This document shows, in pieces, positions 9,041 through 17,002 of a stretch of DNA of 64,000 nucleotides. The DNA comes from an uncultured Brevinematales bacterium (GTDB taxonomy: Bacteria > Spirochaetota > Brevinematia > Brevinematales > JAOACQ01). The stretch covers positions 27,400 to 91,399 of the forward strand of contig CAYPRX010000013.1 in the NCBI GenBank assembly GCA_964413265.1. Direction: 5' to 3'. Within the stretch, counting starts at the first letter, position 1. Each line of letters begins with the position of its first letter. A model generated the notes under the pieces. That model was not told the origin of the DNA and searched no databases. It was given only the letters and a program-made list of their open reading frames with translations. The position numbers and the translations under genes are program-made.

Positions 9041-10243
9041 ATGGCTGATGCAGATGTATTAGTCATAGGGGCCGGGCCTGTAGGAATGATTTCCGCCCTG
9101 CTTGCTAAGAAAGCCGGACTATCTGTGATACTGCTTGAACGAAACAGCAAAAGACAGGAAAATTCAAGGGCAATAGGCATAACACCTCCTTCTCTTGAAA
9201 TTCTGCGTGTTCTTTCCCTTGACAGAGAATTTATCAAACTCGGCGTACCGGTAAAACACTCCGAGATCTGGGGGGAGAAAGTGCTTCTGGGCAGGGTAGA
9301 CTTCTCATGCTTTAAAAGCGAATATAGATTCATTCTGGCACTACCTCAAAATATAACTGAATCGATCCTTGAAAAGACAGTTGGCTCTTCTGTTAAGATC
9401 AATTTTTTTAGAGGTTATGAACTTACAGAAATAGGAGAAAACAGCGGGATTGTAACTGCAGAAGGAATTTCATCCTCGGGAGAGAGGTTTCAATTTACAT
9501 CCCGGTTCGCCATTGCCTGCGACGGGATTAACAGCGTTTCAAGGGAATACCTCGGGATTCCTTTCATAGGAGCGCAATACAGGGAAACATTTCTGATGGG
9601 CGATTTCGAGGATAATTCAGGCTGGAAAGATGAAGCAAGGATCTATTTGACCTCCAGGGGATCTGTTGAATCTTTTCCCATGCCCGGGGGCAAAAGGCGT
9701 TATGTTCTAAGAACTCCCCATTTTATCAAGGAGAATACATCGGATTTTTTGGAAAATGAGATTCCGGCCAGGTGCAGTGTCGAAATACGGGAAGCTTTCA
9801 AGTTCTGGGAAAGCGCTTTCAGGGTTCAGCGCTATCTTGCCGAACGATTCTATAAAAAGAGGATTTTTTTTTGCGGCGACTCTGCCCATGTAATGTCTCC
9901 GATCGGGGGCCAGAATATGAATTCCGGTTTTGCAGATGCTGAACTTGCAGTCTGGGCGGTAATGCACATGGTTGAGGATGAAAACAATATTGAGAAACTG
10001 TCGTCTTTTTATACCCGCTTAAGGAAAATATCGGCAAACAGCGCAGCAAGGAGGGCCGAGTTCTTAATGAAAGCCGGTACAGCAGGCGGCCGGATTTTGT
10101 CAGTGGTTCGGGGAACATGCGGTTTTATTATTCTGCACAGCTTTTTAAGGAATATATTCATACCGATGGCGGGAATGCTTAATATTCCCTTCAGAAATAT
10201 CAATGCCTCCCGGGAAAAGATATTCCGCCTGACAGGTTTATAA
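9041..10243 (+). CDS. FAD-dependent monooxygenase (PHBH/UbiH-like)
   Basis: 400 aa with the GxGxxG motif VLVIGAGPVGM, the ACDGINSVSRE (DG motif) and GDSAHVMSPIGGQNMNSGFADA (GD motif). Confidence 0.8.
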   Translation: MADADVLVIGAGPVGMISALLAKKAGLSVILLERNSKRQENSRAIGITPPSLEILRVLSLDREFIKLGVPVKHSEIWGEKVLLGRVDFSCFKSEYRFILALPQNITESILEKTVGSSVKINFFRGYELTEIGENSGIVTAEGISSSGERFQFTSRFAIACDGINSVSREYLGIPFIGAQYRETFLMGDFEDNSGWKDEARIYLTSRGSVESFPMPGGKRRYVLRTPHFIKENTSDFLENEIPARCSVEIREAFKFWESAFRVQRYLAERFYKKRIFFCGDSAHVMSPIGGQNMNSGFADAELAVWAVMHMVEDENNIEKLSSFYTRLRKISANSAARRAEFLMKAGTAGGRILSVVRGTCGFIILHSFLRNIFIPMAGMLNIPFRNINASREKIFRLTGL

Positions 10244-10275
10244 AATAACCTGCAGGATGCGCCTTATTTGAAACA

Positions 10276-11136
10276 TTACAGGTAGTCTTTAACAAGTTTT
10301 TCAGATAACTCCCATAACAGTCTTCCGGTTTTCTCATCAAGAGAGTTCTCTGCGCAGGGTGTGGGCTTTCTTTTATAAAAATACTTTCCGGAAATACCCT
10401 TCACCGCATCAGAATGGGCGAGATATATAGGTGTATCGGCGCCTTTTTCAGGGGATATCATAAACAAATAAAATAAACGCATCAATGCCCTTATTATCCA
10501 GTTTTTTGTATTGTTTCCGAACCCCGTATTTACTACTCCGGGATGAAGGGCGTTGGAATCAACCCCGAACTCTTTCAGCCGCCTGGCCAGTTCGAAGGCG
10601 AAAAGATTTACGCATATCTTCGAAGCGCTGTATGCTGAAAATCCCTTATAGCTGTTGAGCTTATAGATTTTATCCAGATCGATACTTTTCAAATATGTGT
10701 GAGCTCCGGAAGAGACATGAATGATCCTTGATGGCGAGCTTTTCATAATAAGGTCAAGAAGCAGGTTTGTCAGAAGAAAGTGAGACAGATAATTTACGGC
10801 AAATGTAATCTCTAACCCGTCCTTCGAAGATATTTCATTAAGAAAAAGTCCTCCTGCGTTATTAATAAGAACGTCAAGCCTGTTGAATCTTGACTTGAAT
10901 TCCTCTGCAATGCCTTTCACCTCTTTGAGAGAGGTCAGATCTCCCTTTATTCCCTCGACTTTCTTGTTTCCTGTCCTGCCCTTTATTTCATTTATCGCGC
11001 TTGAGATCTTCTTCTCGCTTCTTCCATGAATGATCACTGTCGCTCCCAGACCTGCCAGGGCTTCAGCTGTAGATTTTCCTATTCCGCTTGTTGCTCCTGT
11101 TACAAGAACCACGCTGTTTTTAATATTTTCCATCAA
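10276..11136 (-). CDS. Short-chain dehydrogenase/reductase (retinol-dehydrogenase-like SDR)
   Basis: 286 aa with TGATSGIGKSTA, NNAG and the YSASK catalytic motif. Confidence 0.85.
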   Translation of the reverse strand: MMENIKNSVVLVTGATSGIGKSTAEALAGLGATVIIHGRSEKKISSAINEIKGRTGNKKVEGIKGDLTSLKEVKGIAEEFKSRFNRLDVLINNAGGLFLNEISSKDGLEITFAVNYLSHFLLTNLLLDLIMKSSPSRIIHVSSGAHTYLKSIDLDKIYKLNSYKGFSAYSASKICVNLFAFELARRLKEFGVDSNALHPGVVNTGFGNNTKNWIIRALMRLFYLFMISPEKGADTPIYLAHSDAVKGISGKYFYKRKPTPCAENSLDEKTGRLLWELSEKLVKDYL

Positions 11137-11247
11137 TACCTCCTGTCGGATAAAGGAATTTTACTATAATTTAATAATGATAATCAATAATGTCCATAAT
11201 TTGTTATAATCAACATATGGAGATATATTTAAGATAGAGGCTGTTTT

Positions 11248-12003
11248 ATGTTTGTAAGGTTTGCCCTTAGAGGGGCGGTCATAGCGGCGGCCTTAGTGAT
11301 AAGCTTTGGGGTCTCAGCCGCAGAGAATTCTTCACTCATCTTTCTAAACCGCATTTTATCAGGCAATGAACTGAACTATGATAAAAATATCAAGCGTATA
11401 GCCGGTGGAAGGCTGCTTCTCTCAGATGATCCGGCAAATTATGCAGTTTATGAAACGCTTGAAAAACATATAAGGGCCTTTCGCAAGGATATAGAAAATA
11501 AGGCTGACCTCATTTCATATTACAATTATCAGGAAGCAGTGACGGGAGATATTACGGATATTCTTCAAAGGGTAAGGGAGCTTGCATTGAAAAGGTTCGA
11601 TCCCTTCTTTTCCGATAGTGAAAGAGATATTATTGACAGGGAGATAGGACAGGACTATGACCAGATAATTCTTGAATTACGGCAGTCTGAGTTCAATGGG
11701 AAGCATATCTTCGAAGATCTGTTCGAAGACGGAGCTGTGAAAAGCCTTTTCCGGGATAAAGACCATTTCAGCCCGGATAATGTAGAGAACCTGATTGATT
11801 ATTTTATATACCAGAGAACTTACACTGGTGCGGAGATTAACAGGCTATTACATGAAATTTATGGCGAAAAGGTCGCTGAAGAGAATATGACAAGGTCACA
11901 GAGCCAGAACGATACCGATATTGCCCGTGAAATGTCATTACTTACGCTTAATCATTTAAAAATGCTTATTAATCTTCTCATGCTGCATGAGGCCAAGAAC
12001 TGA
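11248..12003 (+). CDS. Flagellin-fold protein (D0/D1 helices only) with an N-terminal Sec-type signal peptide
   Basis: 251 aa. ILQRVRELAL, SEFNGKHIF and the C-terminal DTDIAREMSLLTLNHLKMLINLLMLHEAKN match conserved flagellin N- and C-terminal blocks. The N-terminus MFVRFALRGAVIAAALVISFGVSAAE is signal-peptide-like. An AGAGG RBS lies 7 nt upstream of the ATG. Confidence 0.6.
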   Translation: MFVRFALRGAVIAAALVISFGVSAAENSSLIFLNRILSGNELNYDKNIKRIAGGRLLLSDDPANYAVYETLEKHIRAFRKDIENKADLISYYNYQEAVTGDITDILQRVRELALKRFDPFFSDSERDIIDREIGQDYDQIILELRQSEFNGKHIFEDLFEDGAVKSLFRDKDHFSPDNVENLIDYFIYQRTYTGAEINRLLHEIYGEKVAEENMTRSQSQNDTDIAREMSLLTLNHLKMLINLLMLHEAKN

Positions 12004-12005
12004 GT

Positions 12006-12659
12006 TCAATCAGGTTTTGACCAGTTGATCTTGACACCGATTTTAGCAGCTATTAGATTTACGGATTTATCATCATGGTATAATAACCCAGCCTTTGTAT
12101 AAACAATACCTGCGGCTGTCCTTGAAAACCTGAGGTCACTGTGGTGAGCTGATTTGATGATAACGGGATTTAAGCCTTCTGAATCGGACAATGTGGCAAT
12201 TCCGTTGCAGATGCAGACATAGGTATTGTCATTATCTTCGACCTTTATAAAGAAAGTAGTGCCCCTGACGGCAAGCGCTGCTGTAGAAGTGTGTACCCTG
12301 AAAAGGTCTGCATTTCCGCTGGAGGAATGCTGAAGGTTTTTAAGCACGTTTCCACCTCCTCCTGATTTGATATTTAAGTTTTTAATATTGCCGGACATGT
12401 CCATTTCAATATCGCTGTTTTCTATAATGTGGATAATGTTTTTTTTATTGAATACAATTTCACAGGCCGAATCCTTTCCTGTAACAATCTCTGATTTTTC
12501 AAAAACTGGTTCGTCTATATAGGCAGTTTCACCATTAATTGTCACATTCCCTGAAATAAATATTATTTTACCGTCGAAATCAGACTTACTTCCGCTCATC
12601 GAGGACAGCAAAAAAGCAGAAATTATGAAGCCTGTGATAATCATCAATATTTTTCTCAC
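12006..12659 (-). CDS. Secreted FecR-domain protein
   Basis: 217 aa with a signal peptide. An all-beta region with VHTSTAALAVRGTTFFIKV resembles the FecR/LipL45-type domain. This call is from memory of the family. Confidence 0.55.
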   Translation of the reverse strand: MRKILMIITGFIISAFLLSSMSGSKSDFDGKIIFISGNVTINGETAYIDEPVFEKSEIVTGKDSACEIVFNKKNIIHIIENSDIEMDMSGNIKNLNIKSGGGGNVLKNLQHSSSGNADLFRVHTSTAALAVRGTTFFIKVEDNDNTYVCICNGIATLSDSEGLNPVIIKSAHHSDLRFSRTAAGIVYTKAGLLYHDDKSVNLIAAKIGVKINWSKPD

Positions 12660-12698
12660 AAATCATCCTCCATGATATGGTTATGACAAGGATGCTAT

Positions 12699-14186
12699 TT
12701 ATTTTTTGATCTGTAGTTCGTAATAATAGTCAAGTTTCTTTTCCAGGGCGAATAAGTCCTGCTTGTATTTTAAATTGTATTTTTTTAATATGCTCTTTTC
12801 AATAAGAGAAAAATAAATTGTCTGATCATTAATATGGGCCAGAATATTTGCCAAATAAACAATATGCACAAGGTCTTTAGTCTCATCAGGCGATAAAAGT
12901 GGCTGATGATGGTAATTTATCACATCGACAATATTATCCGGAAAGTTCCAGTGCCTTGCAATATCAGCTCCGATCCTTGCATGGGATAGACCCAGGGAAA
13001 GCCTTTCAACCATACTGCTGCTGATCCCTTTATCTATGCAGTGACTATTTATCATATCCATGAGAATAGGATAGGCGGTAACCGCTATGATTTTTCCAAT
13101 ATCGTGAAGAATTCCGCCTATGTATGCATCATCCTGCAGGTCAATCCGTTTCATGTCATGTGCCAGATGATACGCATATGATGCTACGCGGTAGGAGTGT
13201 TGCCAGATCTCATCCATTTTACCGAATTTTCTGGTGAGGATATTCTGTGTTCCATAAGAATAAAGAAGGTTTTTAAGGCCTTTGAAGCCGATCAGGGATA
13301 TTGCATTCGTAATATTGCTTACCTTTTGAGGGAGCATATACTGAGCTGAATTAACAATCCTGAGAAGTTCCGCGGTAAGAGTCATATCACTTTGAATGAC
13401 CGACGCTACTTTGCTGAAAGCCACATCCATGTCAGAAAGCATATTCTCTAATTCTTTGATTTTTTCAGGGAAAACCGGCAGATTGTTTATTTCGGATATG
13501 ATTAAATCTGAGATGTAATCGACCTGCATTTCGGTCACAGTGTCAAGGTAGATATCTACCGAAACCGATGTTTCATTGTTTATATCATCTTTATTTACTT
13601 TATAGAAACTTTCATCCAACCCTATGCTTCTGAGCATCAGCATAGAAGTTATGAGTCCCAGCCCGGTTCCCTCGGTAAGATCGGAAAGTTTCTGGTATGC
13701 TTCTGCAATGTCCCTTGTCTTTTTGGATTCTTCAATCATATTCCGTATCCTTTCAAGCTCCTCTCTGGTAGGTATATTGCTGTTCTTGACTGATACTGTC
13801 AGGACATGGTTTTTAAGTAAGAAAGATACCCTTGTATAAAGGGAATATTTTTCGAAATCCTGCTTGAAAATATCCAGCTTGTCATGGAAATCTTTTGCGA
13901 AGGTTTCCATACCCTTCTTGTAGTCCGCATGGTCATTTATATTAAGGCTCATGAACTTGAAATAAACCCGTTTCAGATTCGATTTATTGGCATTTGTTAC
14001 AAATTCCCTGAGGAAATATGATATTTCATCCATGAGATTTGTTTTATTTATAGAATTTAATATGTTCGCCAGAGCTTCCATTATGAACTCGGACTGTTCG
14101 TGATCGACATATCCGAACTTGAATTCTATAGGTTCGCTCCGGGATATAGCCTCCGAAATTGTGTTCGTAAAATTAGCAATATCCAT
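12699..14186 (-). CDS. HATPase-like domain fused to an HDOD domain (signalling protein)
   Basis: 495 aa. The N-terminal ~215 aa carry an N-box-like EFVTNANKSN and a G-box TEGTGLGLITSM. The C-terminal HDOD carries LPVFPEKI..., LRIVNSAQY, AISLIGF and GGILHDIGKI. Confidence 0.75.
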   Translation of the reverse strand: MDIANFTNTISEAISRSEPIEFKFGYVDHEQSEFIMEALANILNSINKTNLMDEISYFLREFVTNANKSNLKRVYFKFMSLNINDHADYKKGMETFAKDFHDKLDIFKQDFEKYSLYTRVSFLLKNHVLTVSVKNSNIPTREELERIRNMIEESKKTRDIAEAYQKLSDLTEGTGLGLITSMLMLRSIGLDESFYKVNKDDINNETSVSVDIYLDTVTEMQVDYISDLIISEINNLPVFPEKIKELENMLSDMDVAFSKVASVIQSDMTLTAELLRIVNSAQYMLPQKVSNITNAISLIGFKGLKNLLYSYGTQNILTRKFGKMDEIWQHSYRVASYAYHLAHDMKRIDLQDDAYIGGILHDIGKIIAVTAYPILMDMINSHCIDKGISSSMVERLSLGLSHARIGADIARHWNFPDNIVDVINYHHQPLLSPDETKDLVHIVYLANILAHINDQTIYFSLIEKSILKKYNLKYKQDLFALEKKLDYYYELQIKK

Positions 14187-14326
14187 ACAGCCTCTTGATA
14201 ATCTATAATTTCAGAACAAAGATTAAACAGTTATAATTTTCGGCCGATGCCTTTTATAACATGAAAGTTTTGCTATCTGAAATCATCATCGCAATTTTTC
14301 TTTTAGTCGCGCAGAACCGTTCAATC

Positions 14327-15058
14327 TCAGGTATCAGACCCTATGCCATCGTTGAATCTGCAGGCGATATGCTCGCCGGTACAGAACGGCTTATTGCCGG
14401 ATTTACCGCAGCGGCAGAGTGTTACACGGTTCCGCCTTTCATAAGGAGTGCCGTGATGGGATTCTATTATTACATTACCCTTAACCCATAGAGGTCCGCT
14501 GACATGATGTACAGGGTCTTCGACTAAGCTTAGCGATGGATTGAAGTCAGGTTCGTATGCCTGGCCTGTTTTTTTGTTCCAGGCGACCAGTCTGCCCGAA
14601 GGACAGTCACAGGCTTCCTGGATGGCAGTTTCACGAGCTTTTTTATCGTTGGAGCGTTCGGTCAGGTTCCAGGCATCTCCGTCGCGGTGGCAGAAAAGAG
14701 CTATTGCGCAGAGCTTTTCAGCATCGGTCAACAACAGTCCTGGTCCTGGATATTTATCCGACATTTCGAGATATGGTTTCCTTTCAGCGGTTTCTGTTCC
14801 GTCAAAAGCGATATTTTTATGTCTGCCGTCGCAATATGGCATATTTTTTGAAGCTCCGCAGCGGCAGATTGAATATGTCTGATCAGAGGGAAAGGAAAAG
14901 CCTTTTTCCCAACTTACGGGAATTCCATCCCGGTCCGGTACTATGGTTTCCTTTTCAAGAGGCAATCCGCCCGAGATAATATAAGGACCGTTTTTAGAAA
15001 CGACAACTTTCGCCTTTTCTGCTGAAGTTCCTTCTCCTCTGGTTAATCCATTGCCCAT
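14327..15058 (-). CDS. CDGSH iron-sulfur domain protein (two CDGSH motifs flanking a Cys-rich 4Fe-4S-like module)
   Basis: 243 aa with CRCGASKNMPYCDGRH and CRCGKSGNKPFCTGEH. The central cysteines are LCAIALFCHRDGD...ACDCPSG. Confidence 0.8.
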   Translation of the reverse strand: MGNGLTRGEGTSAEKAKVVVSKNGPYIISGGLPLEKETIVPDRDGIPVSWEKGFSFPSDQTYSICRCGASKNMPYCDGRHKNIAFDGTETAERKPYLEMSDKYPGPGLLLTDAEKLCAIALFCHRDGDAWNLTERSNDKKARETAIQEACDCPSGRLVAWNKKTGQAYEPDFNPSLSLVEDPVHHVSGPLWVKGNVIIESHHGTPYERRNRVTLCRCGKSGNKPFCTGEHIACRFNDGIGSDT

Positions 15059-15549
15059 AAAAGAGTCTCCCGATCAAAAATAACATCCGTGAGCTTACGG
15101 CCGTTAACCGTAAAAGATAAGCATATTTTTTTGACCGGGTCGTAAATCATGCTCCAGGAATAAAATTCGGTATCTTCAGTCAGAACCTGCTCGGATTTCC
15201 ATTGCTTTGCGTTCATGCGCCTGTCAAAAAAATTGCAAAATATTTCTTTATTGCTACCTTTTGTCAATCCCGCAAACTGGGCGCGAAAAAGCTTCCGGTT
15301 TACGAGTATATAATTCTTCTCCGCATTGTTGCTCGGTAAATCGGAGATATATTTGAATACAGCTTTTAAAGCAATTGCCGCATCATTGTAGCCAGGCATC
15401 CATATGCCGTCGCATTTTTCATATATATTATCTTTATTTTTCAATATCGTCCAATCTCCGGGAGCAATGGGATACACTTCTGCACTTAAATTATTAATTA
15501 AGAACAGAAGCAGAGCCTGAAAAAACAACAGGCATAACAGTAGTTTCAC
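15043..15549 (-). CDS. Hypothetical secreted protein
   Basis: 168 aa with the signal peptide MKLLLCLLFFQALLLFLINNLSAE. Its GTG start overlaps the upstream stop (GTGA) and its 3' end overlaps the downstream start by 16 nt. I recognise no motifs. Confidence 0.5.
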   Translation of the reverse strand: MKLLLCLLFFQALLLFLINNLSAEVYPIAPGDWTILKNKDNIYEKCDGIWMPGYNDAAIALKAVFKYISDLPSNNAEKNYILVNRKLFRAQFAGLTKGSNKEIFCNFFDRRMNAKQWKSEQVLTEDTEFYSWSMIYDPVKKICLSFTVNGRKLTDVIFDRETLLWAMD

Positions 15550-16841
15550 GAAGGAGCCTGCCAGTCCTTCATGCCTTCAAATACTTCAAATAGAATATTA
15601 GCGCATTTATCCAGCTGTTTTTTTGTATGATATGAGGATATTGAGAGCCTCAGTCTTGTGCGTTTGTTTGATACTGCCGGATAGGTAACCATACCGGTAA
15701 AAAGACCTTTTTCCATAACCCGTTTGCTTATTTCCCTGAGGCGTAAATCGCTGCCGGCTATTACCGGTATGACCTGGGATTTTGTATCTCCGATATCAAG
15801 ACCAAAATTTTTAAGCTTTTTATGCATATATCTGGTATTCACCCATAGCTTATCGCGCGCGGATTTATCTTTTGAATATAGTTCAAGGACTTTAAGTATT
15901 CCGGCTGCCGTATGAGGAGCCATTGCACAGGAAAAAACATAAGATCTGGCAAGCATGCGCATATAGTTGATCAGCTTGCGGTTGGCTGCAGCAAAACCTC
16001 CGATAGCTCCAAATGCTTTGCTGAATGTGCCGATAGTTATGTCAATATCGTCTTCAACACCGAAATACTCGGCTACTCCCCTGCCATTTTCTCCGAAAAT
16101 AAGTGTGGCATGAGCCTCATCGAGAAGGGTCTTCGCACCGTATTTTTTACAGACCTTGATAAGCTCCGGAAGATCAGCCAGGTCCCCGTCCATGCTGTAA
16201 ACGCTTTCCAGGCACACGATGACCCTTTTCTTGCCCAGAGATTTTAAGACCTTGTCGAGATGTTTGGCGTTATTATGGCTGAAAACCCTGATGTCAGCCC
16301 CGGCAAGCCTGGCCCCGTCATAAGTGGAAGCATGTGATAAAATATCGAGAACTGCGACATCACCAGGTTTTAAGAGACAAGACAGCACTCCGAGATTTGA
16401 AGCGTATCCTGTGGGGAAAACCATGACATCCTCTTTCTTTTTAAAAGCGGCAATTGCTTCCTCGAGTTTTCTGGTCATATCGTAATAGCCGCTGAAAAGC
16501 GGGGCGGAAACGGCTCCTGTTCCGTATTTGGCTATGGTATCCTGAACTACCTTGATTACTTCAGGATGATAAGAATATCCCAGATAATTATAGGAGCAAA
16601 AATTTAAAAACTTTCTTACAGAATTACTGTATCGGTCGTAAACATCGAATTCCGCCAGCGGGGCGGACATAATCGGGTTATGATAAACGAAATATTTCTT
16701 TTTAGTGACGTCCTTTACCATCTCCCAGAAATAATCCGTAACACGGAAGAGATCATCGCTTTCAAAATCCTCGAAATCTGCTAGTGAGTAATTATTTGAG
16801 TTGAGATTCCTGATATCCATGTCTTTAATGCTTAACCCCAT
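15546..16841 (-). CDS. PLP-dependent alpha-oxoamine synthase (BioF/Kbl/serine palmitoyltransferase family)
   Basis: 431 aa with SYNYLG, DEAHATLIFGENGRG, SMDGD and the PLP-lysine motif TFSKAFGAIGGF. It has a ~60-aa N-terminal extension. Confidence 0.85.
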   Translation of the reverse strand: MGLSIKDMDIRNLNSNNYSLADFEDFESDDLFRVTDYFWEMVKDVTKKKYFVYHNPIMSAPLAEFDVYDRYSNSVRKFLNFCSYNYLGYSYHPEVIKVVQDTIAKYGTGAVSAPLFSGYYDMTRKLEEAIAAFKKKEDVMVFPTGYASNLGVLSCLLKPGDVAVLDILSHASTYDGARLAGADIRVFSHNNAKHLDKVLKSLGKKRVIVCLESVYSMDGDLADLPELIKVCKKYGAKTLLDEAHATLIFGENGRGVAEYFGVEDDIDITIGTFSKAFGAIGGFAAANRKLINYMRMLARSYVFSCAMAPHTAAGILKVLELYSKDKSARDKLWVNTRYMHKKLKNFGLDIGDTKSQVIPVIAGSDLRLREISKRVMEKGLFTGMVTYPAVSNKRTRLRLSISSYHTKKQLDKCANILFEVFEGMKDWQAPS

Positions 16842-17002
16842 TTAAAACCTCCAGATATTAAGATAAGACATTTGCTCATGAGACCTAATATGCGGTTTCT
16901 GCAAGAAGACACTCCCCGTAATTCGTTTTTATTGTAACATATTTTGATGGAAAAGGAAAGCATATTTGAAAATTGTAACTAAGGACTCGCTTCCAAGCCG
17001 TT

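Noticed and set aside
8667-9041. A 124-aa alternative-frame ORF overlapping the second sugar permease.
   Set aside because: It is in the same strand and region as a permease with a clear EAA loop. The alternative-frame product is Arg/Cys/His-rich nonsense.
14541-14979. Two plus-strand ORFs (113 and 140 aa) inside the CDGSH gene region.
   Set aside because: They are entirely antisense to a gene with unmistakable CDGSH motifs. Their products are Arg/Ser/Pro-rich with no motifs or RBS, which is typical of shadow ORFs.
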